Part shown: positions 31,438 to 41,667 of the stretch, one piece after another
Numbering within the stretch: the first letter of the stretch is position 1
Layout of the letters: every line of letters starts with the position of its first letter
Assembly: GCA_963749915.1 (NCBI GenBank)
Contig: CAVVOP010000005.1
Coordinates: 224,001 to 288,000 of the forward strand
DNA: 64,000 nt
Reading direction: 5' to 3'
From: an uncultured cyanobacterium
GTDB taxonomy: Bacteria; Cyanobacteriota; Cyanobacteriia; Cyanobacteriales; Cyanobacteriaceae
Notes under the pieces: model-generated
The model's input: only the letters and a program-made list of their open reading frames with translations
Told to the model about the DNA's origin: nothing
The model's database searches: none
Made by a program: the position numbers and the translations under genes

Positions 31438-32919
31438 ATGGGAAAAGCCACAGGATTTTTAGAGTTTACTAGAGAATTACCCGTTGATAAAGATCCTCTT
31501 GAAAGAATCCAAAACTGGGATGAATTTCACTTACATTTACCCGAAGAAAATCTCCGTAATCAGGGTGCGAGATGTATGGACTGCGGTACGCCCTTCTGTC
31601 ACACTGGTGAACTTATCAGTGGTATGGCTAGTGGTTGCCCTGTCAATAATCTCATTCCTGAATGGAATGACTTGATTTATCGGGGTTTATGGAAAGAAGC
31701 ACTGGATCGCCTTCATAAGACTAACAACTTCCCTGAATTTACTGGTAGAGTATGTCCTGCACCCTGTGAAGGATCTTGTGTACTAGGAATCAACAATCCT
31801 CCTGTTACCATTAAAAACATAGAATGTTCTATTATAGATCACGGTTGGGATCAAGGTTGGGTAACCCCTCAACCCCCTGAAAAACAAACAGGCAAAAAGG
31901 TTGCGATTGTAGGCTCAGGCCCTGCAGGTTTATCCGCCGCCGCACAACTTAATAAGGCTGGACATTCTGTCACAGTTTACGAAAAAGACGATCGCCCTGG
32001 TGGATTATTAATGTACGGGATTCCTAACATGAAACTCGATAAAGAAAAAGTTGTCATGCGTCGTATTCGAGTTTTAGAGGAAGAGGGAATAAAATTCATC
32101 TGTAGCACTGCTATCGGTAAAGATATTCCTGCCGAAACTTTAGTTAAAGAAAATGATGCCGTTATCCTTGCCATCGGTGCAGGAAAACCCCGTGATTTAC
32201 CCATAGAAGGGAGATCACTCAACGGGATTCATTTTGCCATGGATTTTCTTACCGCTAACACCAAAGCCGTTTTAAACAAGAATCAAGAAGGTTTAATTTC
32301 TGCTGAAGGTAAAGATGTCGTTATCATTGGCGGAGGAGATACAGGCACAGATTGTGTTGGTACATCCGTAAGACATGGTTGTAATAGTGTAACCCAGTTA
32401 GAAATCATGCCTCAGCCCCCAGAAATGAGAGCAAAAAACAACCCTTGGCCCGAATATCCTAAAATTTATCGTCTGGATTATGGACAAGAAGAAGCTGCCG
32501 CCAAATTTGGTAATGACCCTAGAGTTTATGTTACAACAGCCACCAAATTTGAAGGAGACTCCCAAGGTAACGTTATTGCCGTGCATACTGTGGAGGTAGA
32601 ATGGGCAAGAGATGATCAAGGGCGTTTTATTCCTAACCCCATAAAAGGTACAGAAAAAAGATTACCAGCCCAATTAGTGTTACTAGCAATGGGTTTCCTT
32701 GGTCCTGAACAGTTATTATTAGAACAGATGGGCTTAGAAAAAGATAATCGTAGTAATATTAAAGCCGAGTATGAAAAATATACCACCAGTATTCCTAACG
32801 TATTTGCGGCAGGAGATTGTCGTCGGGGTCAGAGTTTGGTAGTGTGGGCATTTAATGAAGGCCGTGGTGTCGCCAAAGAGTGCGATCGCTTCCTGATGGG
32901 CTATACGGATTTACCATAG
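31438..32919 (+). CDS. gltD: NADH-dependent glutamate synthase small subunit
   Basis: [42 protein letters not shown]; large subunit gene not adjacent. Confidence 0.95.
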   Translation: MGKATGFLEFTRELPVDKDPLERIQNWDEFHLHLPEENLRNQGARCMDCGTPFCHTGELISGMASGCPVNNLIPEWNDLIYRGLWKEALDRLHKTNNFPEFTGRVCPAPCEGSCVLGINNPPVTIKNIECSIIDHGWDQGWVTPQPPEKQTGKKVAIVGSGPAGLSAAAQLNKAGHSVTVYEKDDRPGGLLMYGIPNMKLDKEKVVMRRIRVLEEEGIKFICSTAIGKDIPAETLVKENDAVILAIGAGKPRDLPIEGRSLNGIHFAMDFLTANTKAVLNKNQEGLISAEGKDVVIIGGGDTGTDCVGTSVRHGCNSVTQLEIMPQPPEMRAKNNPWPEYPKIYRLDYGQEEAAAKFGNDPRVYVTTATKFEGDSQGNVIAVHTVEVEWARDDQGRFIPNPIKGTEKRLPAQLVLLAMGFLGPEQLLLEQMGLEKDNRSNIKAEYEKYTTSIPNVFAAGDCRRGQSLVVWAFNEGRGVAKECDRFLMGYTDLP

Positions 32920-32951
32920 AAAATTATCAACCATTTATGTAGTTTTTTGTG

Positions 32952-32972
32952 AGGGCTTTTTGCCCTTTTTTT
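32952..32972 (+). terminator. Intrinsic terminator after gltD
   Basis: AGGGC-TTTTT-GCCCT followed by a T-run. Confidence 0.7.
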
Positions 32973-32981
32973 ATGTTTAAA

Positions 32982-35303
32982 TTAATTAATTTCAATAATT
33001 TCTCCTGCTTCTTTTTCGCTAATATTTCCATCTAATATTTTGTCAAAAAACTCATTTAAAGATATATCAATTCTCACTTGTCTTGTGGATATTGGATGAT
33101 ATTGTAAATTTTCACATAACTTTTTAGCATAATTATAAAGAGTTGAATTTTCTGTGACAAAATTAGTATCATTTTCTCGAAAAGTAAGTAAATAAATGAG
33201 AGTAATTAAAGCATTTTGTAGATAACCTCTATCTCTATCCTCACTAGGATTAAGAGTTAAACTATAGGTAATAATTTGATTAAAATGTTGCTCATAATCT
33301 AAGAATTGATCAGAATTATTAAAATCAAAATACCAGACTAAAATTCTAGCATAACCCCAAAGATAGTTTGCTATTTGATAAAATTGCTTATCTTCTCTCT
33401 CTGAATAAAAACTGAATAAATTGATAAACTTTTTCTGTCTCGATAACGTGCAAGACATCCTCGCCATATTCTGTAAGTAAATTTGAAAATTATTAATATT
33501 TAGTATATTTATTTTATTCTGTTCAAAAATATAATTTAATGACATATTTTTTGTTAAGGCATAACTTTTTCCTAAGAATAATAAAATATCTCCATAAGCA
33601 TTATTAATAGCATTTTTCTGATATTGACTCATCTTTCGTGAAAATCTTTGACTTAATTCCGATAAATTTTTATCCAATAAATTCTCCAATGATTGATAAA
33701 AATTCAGAAAATATTTTTGCTCAAAATTATTATTATCTATATTTAAAATTATCGGTAAAATATTTTGAGTATCTAATCTTAATTGACGAATTTTATCAGC
33801 TTTTTCGAATAAATTAGAAATAGTTAATATGTTTTTCCATAATTCTAATTTGTCTCGTAAAATGTCTTTATTTTGAGCTAATTTTTCAAAGCCTCTTTGA
33901 GAGATTTCTTGACGAAAATCAACAATCTTATCGTAAGGAATATAACCTAAAGTAATTTCTTCTCTATCTACTAAAGAAGATGTTAAAATGCGATCAAATT
34001 GATCAATAATTTCTAATTTTGGGTTTAATCCGGGTTGAAGACGAAAACGAATTTTTATCTTTAATTCTGGTGTTTTCTCAAAATATTGATTGTTAATTTG
34101 ATAAATTTGCTCTTTTTCCGTATCATCATTAATTAAAGGTTGTTCATTCACAGTAAAAGGCAAAGAAACCGTAGGCTTTAACAGAGGAAATTCATTAGTT
34201 ATAATTCCTTGATTATTAAGATATTCTCCATAGACAATAACTTCTTTTTCTCCTTCATAACAAATTTGGGAGGGGAGACTAATTTCCATGTCTTTATCTT
34301 CTCCTTTTCGGCGGACAAAAAAGCTGATATTATCTAAATGTTGCCCATAAAGTGGAAACTGTTTTTTTCTGGTTTCTTTCCAAATATTATCAAAATTATT
34401 TTCCTCTGTTTTAAGAATAATAAACTCATTACTCAGGGCATTATAAATGCTGGATATTTTGCCATAGTTAGTTAAAATAACAAAATGATATTGATCTTGA
34501 TTATTTTTAACAACTTCCCTTAACTTTTCTAGGGGAAAATTTTGCGAAATAATAGCACCTAAATCATTAACATCAAGATTATACTGATAATAGTTATTAT
34601 CTATTTTAATTAGTAAAGGTAAATTGACCGTATTATGATTAATGTGAGAAAAAATATTGATAGCTTTTAGATAATGGATAGTTTCCTGAAGATGACTAAT
34701 ATCGATTTTACATTGATGAATAATTTTATTAGCAATTTTTTCGCAAATATTGTCATAAATATTTTCATAATTAAGATTAAGATTTAAAAATTTATATTTT
34801 TCAAGATTGCGAGTATCAATGATAGGAATAGGATAAGGTGAATTAGGCGAATTTTCAAAAGTTAGGGGAGTAATTTGCTGAGGAGTAAAGCTGTCAAAGT
34901 CATAAATTATTATAGGTTTACCTGATTGGGCATAATTTTTAAATTGATTAGTATAACTCCAATAACGATAGACATTACTATAAAGATAACGAGAATTTAA
35001 TGCTCTTAAAACTAAAGAGTTTGCTTCCCGAATAATAAAAATTTGCTCTGAATTATCGTCATTGATAGAAAATCCTAATTTTTGTTTGATGATAGAGTTT
35101 TCACGAGGTTTTAATTGTTGAGGAAAACTAGAAGTAATAGCAGGAAGCGGCAAAAATTCTCGATGACTATAGGAATGATAAAAGTTTTTATAAGCTAAAG
35201 GTAATGAATGATTATCAGGGATTAATTTTTGGGAGGATTTACCAAAAAGTTCGGCATATTGACAACATTCAAGATAAGATTCAAGGTTAAAAAATCTAGT
35301 CAT
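32982..35303 (-). CDS. 773-aa hypothetical protein of the defence island (possible degenerate Hsp70-like region plus helical repeats)
   Basis: Intact long ORF; central beta-rich segment (LKIKIRFRLQPGLNPKLEI) and helical C-terminus; last gene of the operon. Confidence 0.6.
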   Translation of the reverse strand: MTRFFNLESYLECCQYAELFGKSSQKLIPDNHSLPLAYKNFYHSYSHREFLPLPAITSSFPQQLKPRENSIIKQKLGFSINDDNSEQIFIIREANSLVLRALNSRYLYSNVYRYWSYTNQFKNYAQSGKPIIIYDFDSFTPQQITPLTFENSPNSPYPIPIIDTRNLEKYKFLNLNLNYENIYDNICEKIANKIIHQCKIDISHLQETIHYLKAINIFSHINHNTVNLPLLIKIDNNYYQYNLDVNDLGAIISQNFPLEKLREVVKNNQDQYHFVILTNYGKISSIYNALSNEFIILKTEENNFDNIWKETRKKQFPLYGQHLDNISFFVRRKGEDKDMEISLPSQICYEGEKEVIVYGEYLNNQGIITNEFPLLKPTVSLPFTVNEQPLINDDTEKEQIYQINNQYFEKTPELKIKIRFRLQPGLNPKLEIIDQFDRILTSSLVDREEITLGYIPYDKIVDFRQEISQRGFEKLAQNKDILRDKLELWKNILTISNLFEKADKIRQLRLDTQNILPIILNIDNNNFEQKYFLNFYQSLENLLDKNLSELSQRFSRKMSQYQKNAINNAYGDILLFLGKSYALTKNMSLNYIFEQNKINILNINNFQIYLQNMARMSCTLSRQKKFINLFSFYSEREDKQFYQIANYLWGYARILVWYFDFNNSDQFLDYEQHFNQIITYSLTLNPSEDRDRGYLQNALITLIYLLTFRENDTNFVTENSTLYNYAKKLCENLQYHPISTRQVRIDISLNEFFDKILDGNISEKEAGEIIEIN

Positions 35304-35327
35304 AGTTTTATACTTTCAGTTAGTTAG

Positions 35328-36983
35328 TTAATTAAAAATTTGTTTAAGTTGAGAGATAATTACTTTAATTTCTTCGAGGTTAGTAGTCTTATAGGTTAAG
35401 TCAAATAATGGGTTACGATTAAAAGCAAAATCTTGACTACTTAGATAAGCAATTTCCCTACCAATCAAGACAATTTTGCTATGAAGATGATAAACTTTTT
35501 TGGCTTTTAAGTTACTACTGTTAAAGTTACTATAAAAAATCAGATGAGGAATTTTTCTAAGTAGGTTTACTTGTTGACTATTCGGCATAAAGTTACGAGT
35601 AACAATGATAACTTTATCTTGAGGATTATCGTTAAAGTTTTGTAAGGAGATAGTTAAGTCTTTTTCATATTCACAAGAGTTTAAAAAGCCATTATTTTTA
35701 GGTGATTTAGCCTTATGGGAAATTAAACTTTCGACACGATAACCTTCCGCCGAAGGAGTAGTTTTAGCAATGGTTTCGTGTTGCCAAAGATAATCAAAAT
35801 AGTCGATTAAAAATTGATGTTGCGAGTTATTTTGCCAGATTATTCCTCCTTCAATATTTCGGTTTAAACTTCCTCCCGTCAAATTACATGAACCCAAATA
35901 AGCACCTTGTTCGCTAATATAGGTTTTAAGGTGAAAATTGCCACTGCGAAATCTGACTTTTGCTTTTGTCAAAATTTGTAAACATTCTTGTTTGAGTTGA
36001 TCAGAATGGGCATATTCTGATTTATCATTTTTTTCATCTTCCATGTTAAAATCAACTCGATCTTGCACTTTTTCACTCAAATCTGTTAATATCCAAACTC
36101 CGAAGGGTAACTCTTGACTTTTTTTGGCGATTAAATTGACAATTTCGACATCTTCAAGGCGATAACTACTTATTAATAAAAATTGTTTTGCCTTATCAAT
36201 TAACTCCTCCAAAAATTGACGATGATTACCTTTTTTTATATAAATTTTAGATGAATTAAGAGTTTGATTTTCAATGGTAAAATCAGGAATAATGCCGTAT
36301 TTTTTTTGATAGTTAATCACGAGAAAATTATTGCAGCAAGTTTTCGGATTATTGGTTAAGATTTCTATCGTTTCTTTTTGTTGAGGAGACAATTCTTGAC
36401 GATAAAAAATTGCAAGGCAGTTGTTAGGTAAATAAATAGAAAATTCTTGACTTTTGGTATTTTTAACAAAATTTTCGATGACGGCTAAGGGATTATTCGT
36501 TATAAAAAATTGTAAATAATTAACCGCTATAGTTTTGACATTTTCTAAAATAGGATTGTCTATATTATTAGATAAGTCGAGGTGATAAAAACTTTCGACA
36601 AAATCGATTAAATTGTCAGGAATTTGGGCATCATTAGAATTAAGAGAAAAAGGTGTAAGTTGGCATTGTGATTCAGGAATAAATTGATAACTAAATTTGA
36701 GAGGTTGTAAGTTTTCTTCCGCCGATGTTAACAAAGGAAGCAAAATATTTTTAGTTAGTAAAGAAGAGTTGGTAACTTTTTTGGCTAACAAACCGTTAAA
36801 ACTATTTACCGATAAAATATTTAAGCCAAAACCTTGATAAACTTTCGAGACAGAGTAAATTTTTTCTTCATTGGCAATATGATAAATAGTCTTTACCAAA
36901 TTATCGAGATTCGTTTCCGTCACCGTTTGATTATCAAGAGGATGTTTGCTATATTTACCCTTTATCTTCCAAAATATTTTCAT
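35328..36983 (-). CDS. Phospholipase D-superfamily (nuclease-type) protein with two HxK motifs
   Basis: HLKTYISEQGAYLGSCNLT and HSKIVLIGREIAYLSSQDF; IDKAKQFLLISSY. Confidence 0.8.
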   Translation of the reverse strand: MKIFWKIKGKYSKHPLDNQTVTETNLDNLVKTIYHIANEEKIYSVSKVYQGFGLNILSVNSFNGLLAKKVTNSSLLTKNILLPLLTSAEENLQPLKFSYQFIPESQCQLTPFSLNSNDAQIPDNLIDFVESFYHLDLSNNIDNPILENVKTIAVNYLQFFITNNPLAVIENFVKNTKSQEFSIYLPNNCLAIFYRQELSPQQKETIEILTNNPKTCCNNFLVINYQKKYGIIPDFTIENQTLNSSKIYIKKGNHRQFLEELIDKAKQFLLISSYRLEDVEIVNLIAKKSQELPFGVWILTDLSEKVQDRVDFNMEDEKNDKSEYAHSDQLKQECLQILTKAKVRFRSGNFHLKTYISEQGAYLGSCNLTGGSLNRNIEGGIIWQNNSQHQFLIDYFDYLWQHETIAKTTPSAEGYRVESLISHKAKSPKNNGFLNSCEYEKDLTISLQNFNDNPQDKVIIVTRNFMPNSQQVNLLRKIPHLIFYSNFNSSNLKAKKVYHLHSKIVLIGREIAYLSSQDFAFNRNPLFDLTYKTTNLEEIKVIISQLKQIFN

Positions 36984-37024
36984 AACTTTATCCTTATTTA
37001 ATTTATCAAAAACTTTATACCTTT

Positions 37025-37050
37025 CTTTGCGTCTTTGCGCCTTTGCGAGA
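37025..37050. repeat. Short tandem 8-mer repeat (CTTTGCGY)n
   Basis: ctttgcgtctttgcgcctttgcgaga between the helicase and PLD genes. Confidence 0.7.
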
Positions 37051-37065
37051 AAAAATCTTATAATT

Positions 37066-38460
37066 TTAAATTAAAGTTATATCTCGAATGACATCAAATG
37101 TGTTTTTGTTAAATAAATCTGCAAATACTGAATTTTCATAATAAGTCTTATCTCCAAAAATAATAATCTGATTTTTTCCCCTTGTTAAAGCTAAATGTAA
37201 ATCTTTTTGACTGATTTGATAAGAGTCATTTTTATCACAAATAATTAAAACATTTTCCCATTCTTCCCCATAACATTCTCTGATTAATTTGATATGAGTG
37301 TAAATCCCTAAATTAGCTAATTTTTCTTGTAAAAGATTCCGACTATTTTCGGTAAAAGTAACTACTTGATAATCCTTATTAAAATTAGAGAAGGTATCTT
37401 GCAAAATTGTCAATAATTGCTCATCATTAATAATATCATGCCAAATTAAACAATTTTTTTCTCCCGTAAAACTGTTAACATTCCATTCGTTGAAATTTCC
37501 ATAACTATCATTTCCGTAAATAATCGGTAAAATTTTTAAGGCAAGTTGTGGATTAAGGCGATAATTTTGCTTAATTTCTAAACGATAAGCTGGAGATAAA
37601 CTATAAAATAGCTGATTAAATCTATTCTCTCTATTTGCTAACAACTCCCCGAAGAAAACTAACTTTTCACTATAATTTGCTAAAATTTCGATTGTCTCTT
37701 TCTCTAAGTTATGACTATCATCAGCGATGACTAAATCAAAGGTTGTGTTTTCTAAAAAATTAAGATATTTTTCTTGACAAATTACGGGAATTTTCAGGGA
37801 GTTTATCGCCATTGTTGTTAATTCTTCTAAGGCGGTATCGGAAAGATATTGATAACTCTGTTTTAAATACTCTTTTCTCTCTAATAAATTCCTCGATTGT
37901 TGGATTTTTTTCAATAATAATAGTTGACGAGTTTTACTGCTGTTAGAAAATTCTTTTTCAATTTTTTCGCTTAATACTTTTATATCGTTTTCGTCGAGAA
38001 TATTTAACCATTTTTGCGGATTCATTGCTATTTTTTCAAAAAGACTATCAGGCAAAAAATAATTAGGAGTAAAGTTAAGGTTAGGGTTAGTAAAATTTTT
38101 CTTTAACCATGCTTTAAATAATTGACGATATTCTTGATTATTCCTAATTTCTAAAGGCATTAATTCCAGTTTTTGATAGCGGTTTAAGCTACTTTCATAG
38201 GGAGAAATAATTAAAACTGATTTCTGATTTGCGATCGCAATATTTGCTATATTATGGATTATCTTACTCTTACCACTTCCTGATATTCCTGCGATGGTGA
38301 CTAAAGGAGAGTTAGAAAGACATAATTCTATCGCTTGTTTTTGTTGAGGGTGAAAAGGAAAATTACCGTTATATGTCGGTAAATTTAATGACACTCTTTC
38401 GGGAATAAAACTAAAGGGTTTTTCTATGATTCTGTTGAGTATTTCTAAAGATAAATTCAT
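37066..38460 (-). CDS. SF1 (UPF1/DNA2-like) helicase-family ATPase, compact and divergent
   Basis: QKQAI Q-motif, GISGSGKS Walker A, LVIADDSH Walker B variant, QNYRLNP, GEEWENVLI, LALTRGK. Confidence 0.78.
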   Translation of the reverse strand: MNLSLEILNRIIEKPFSFIPERVSLNLPTYNGNFPFHPQQKQAIELCLSNSPLVTIAGISGSGKSKIIHNIANIAIANQKSVLIISPYESSLNRYQKLELMPLEIRNNQEYRQLFKAWLKKNFTNPNLNFTPNYFLPDSLFEKIAMNPQKWLNILDENDIKVLSEKIEKEFSNSSKTRQLLLLKKIQQSRNLLERKEYLKQSYQYLSDTALEELTTMAINSLKIPVICQEKYLNFLENTTFDLVIADDSHNLEKETIEILANYSEKLVFFGELLANRENRFNQLFYSLSPAYRLEIKQNYRLNPQLALKILPIIYGNDSYGNFNEWNVNSFTGEKNCLIWHDIINDEQLLTILQDTFSNFNKDYQVVTFTENSRNLLQEKLANLGIYTHIKLIRECYGEEWENVLIICDKNDSYQISQKDLHLALTRGKNQIIIFGDKTYYENSVFADLFNKNTFDVIRDITLI

Positions 38461-38509
38461 GTTGTCTGTGATTTTTAATATCTAATGTTTAATTTTTCAT
38501 TATTTGTTT

Positions 38510-40068
38510 TTAAATCAATTTTTTAAGCCAATAACAAATCTTTTTAGTTAATAACGTCACTCCTGTTTCTAAATTTTCCTCGAAAGGATTGGGAATTTTA
38601 ATTAAAGTAATATTAGATAAGTTATCCTCCTCATTGTCATTAAAATCTGTGAGATAAATTACCACTGGAAAATCTGATTGTTGTTTTATATTTTCTAAAA
38701 TTTTGAATGAAGGTTTATGCCAAAAAATCCAAATAGGAATAATCACTGAATCTGGATTTTCTTGAGTATTTCCTAAAAGATGACGGGTAACTTTTAAGGT
38801 TAAATCTCCTTTTCTGATGTCTTGATGACGTTGAATGTCAAAGGAAAAAACCACCGTTTGTAAAAAACAAGATACGGTTAAGGGTTTCTTGTCTAATTCT
38901 TTTAAATATTTGCCATAACTAGGCACATCTAAAATATCTGTATGGTGTCTAAAGGTTTAATATAACTTCCTTCCAGATTCAGTAAACTACCTAATAATAA
39001 AATTGCTACCACATCAATTAAAAGATTGTTACGAAAACTCCAGATTTTTTCCTTCTCACTAAGTCTTTTTAAATAGTCTTGATAGGCTTGATAAAAACTA
39101 CGATAAATAGGATTTTGTTGCAAAACATAGTTAGGTTTTACCGTAAAAGTTGCTGAAACTGGAATTGATTTTACACTTTCTTCTTGACGGAATTTGTTAA
39201 TCGCCCTTTCCAAAGATTTAGCCTCAGAATAACTATCTCGATAATCTCGACAATCTAAGTGTAATAAGTTACAAAAACCTTTTAAAAAACGATTCTCAGG
39301 AGTGTTAAAGTTTTGGTAACGTTTAATACCCATTAATTCCTGTCTCGCCCCAGCTTTTTCTATGGCATTTTTACCCGATTTTTTTACATAATCTCGCAGA
39401 CAATAAGCATCCATTTCTTGAATATTTCCTAATGGCATCATCTCCGCTTTACGATTAAGTTGTGATCTCAATTTTGGTGCAATTAACTCTAATTTATGTC
39501 TTAGTTTATACCTTTTATTTAAGGCTAAAACAAGGGGTAAACGAGCATCTTCTTGACTTAATTTTGCTAAAGAATCAGGAATTTTTAACGGATATAAAGG
39601 GTGTCTATAATCTTCGGATAAAAGAGAAAATAAACTAATAAATAAATTAATAATCTCCGCCGTATTTCTATTACATTTTCCCCCTAACTCTTCTTGTAAA
39701 TTAATAGCTAAATTTTCATCATTAGTAATTTGAGTTTCATCAAAAATATCATCTTCTAAAGTGAGATAAAAAATTTCTCCTTGATTAGTTTCAATTATTA
39801 CAGATTTAGTGACACTTTTATTCGTTTCCCAATCTCTAACTTCTACCCAAGGAAAACCAATTTCATAGACTCCCTCTCCTCTTTCTATTAAAAAGTTATA
39901 TTCCGGTTTTAACTTCTCTTTTTCTAAAACTAACACAGGTCGATCGCATCCTCTTAAATATAAGGAATTATCTGGATTAAATTCCCAAGGGCGATTAAAT
40001 AAATAATCAGTCAAACTAGCATAAAAAAGCATAATTTTAGAAGATATAACTGTAGGATTAATTCTCAA
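38510..40068 (-). pseudogene. DUF2357/McrC-like protein split by a frameshift near 38930 (ORFs 38929-40068 and 38510-38926)
   Basis: PKLRSQLNRKAEMM..IQEMDAYCLR, FNTPENRFLK, KPNYVLQQNPIYR DUF2357-like motifs; abrupt stop at QIF* with the next frame continuing ILDVPSYGKYL. Confidence 0.7.
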
Positions 40069-40107
40069 AACTGAAAAGATTAATAATTGTTAATTATTAA
40101 TTATTAA

Positions 40108-41667
40108 TTAATAAACCATTCCTTTCCATTGAAATTGTCCATATTGCCCTTCACAAGCCTTTTCAAAAGCGCGATTTAAAGGCTCATCTTGCAACTCATT
40201 AATTAGGGTTTTAAGCTCATCTAAATGAGGTTTTACGTTGCTATCTTCTACCATTATGCCCCTCAATTTAGGTAATAATTTTTGTCCAAATTGATCAGCG
40301 ATCGCACTTTTCATGATAGACTGATCATGATGAGCATTAGGATAATTAGCCACATATTTAGCAATACCCTGATAAACTCGATGGGCAAAAGGACGACCCA
40401 ATTGTTCCATAATATTATTAGCACGATCGTACATAATCTTTTACTATATCAGTATGCCCCTGTAGTGGCTCATTAATCCAACCTTTAAAATTATCCCAAG
40501 ACAAGTATTCTGTGGGAATTGGAAGATTATCGTTTCTGTCACCTCTTAACTTTAATTCTGTAGGTCGCCCAAAAGTAAGAACATTTGCTCTATCTAAAAC
40601 CTTATCCGAGAGAGATTGAGTGGTTTCATCCTCATTCATTGTGCCTACAAACAAAAATTCTTCGGGGATTTTCACCCTTCTTTCATTTTGAGGAAGTTTG
40701 ATACTACCGATTTCAATGTCTAAATAAGTAGGTTTATTGCGTCTTGTTTCCAATTTCGAGAGAAAATCACTGAAATAATACTCTACCCTTGCCAAATTCA
40801 TTTCATCTAACAACACCAATACCATACGCCCATTAAAATTATTATCATGCTGATGTTGATAAAGATAGTGCATTAATTCTGTCGGTTTGTATTTCTTTTC
40901 GATATAGTTGTAAAATCCCTGTAAATCTTGGGGTGAATCCCAACGAGGTTGCACTGGTAGCATTACCAACGGTGCACCAATAAATTCGCTGTAGGCTTGG
41001 GGTAATTCGCTTTTTCCCGTGCCACTAATACCTGCTAAAATAACTAAAGCCGAAATATCTTGCACTTTCAAAGAGGTATGAAAAGCCTTAATAATCCTTT
41101 CAGGAAATACTAAACCTTTCTTGTTCAAATAGTTATTAAATTGTGTTAAAAAATCTGTTTCCGAAGCAAAATTTTTAATTTCTTTAGCCTTAATATCTAT
41201 AGAAATTTGTAAAGCTTGAAGAGCTTGTTTTGCACTATTTTCTATATCTTCTATATCTTCTTTTAATTGACAAATTTTCTCTTCTAATTCTTTTATTTTT
41301 ATCTCTCTAAACTCAATTTCCTGCTGTATTTCTTGTTGAATTTGTTTTAATCGTACCTCTTTCCATTCAATTTCTTGTTTGATTTCTTCTTGAATTTGCC
41401 CTAATTTTCTCTCTTGTCGTGTAATTTCGTTCTGATTACGGGCAATATCATCCTCTAAATTTGCCCTTTCAGAATCTAAATTTTCAATTTCACGTTTTAG
41501 ACTCCTTTTTTGTCCTTGAAAAATCATAACTTGTGCCGATAAATCTTCAATTTCAACCCTTAAATTTTCAGCAATTATCGCCTTTCCTTCTGATTCTTGA
41601 ATAACTTGTAAAAGGCGACTTTTTTCTTCTTCTAAACGAGGAATTTCTAACGCTAAATTATTTTTTC
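40108..41667 (-). pseudogene. Coiled-coil McrB-like AAA+ GTPase (NxD type), 5'-truncated by IS ends and frameshifted near 40430
   Basis: Long heptad region; GISGTGKS Walker A; VQPRWDSPQDLQGFYN; LLDEMNLARVEYYFSDFLS; GTMNEDETT..LSDKVLDRAN; C-terminus DRANNIMEQLGRPFAHRV..QKLLPKLRG in another frame. Confidence 0.8.
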
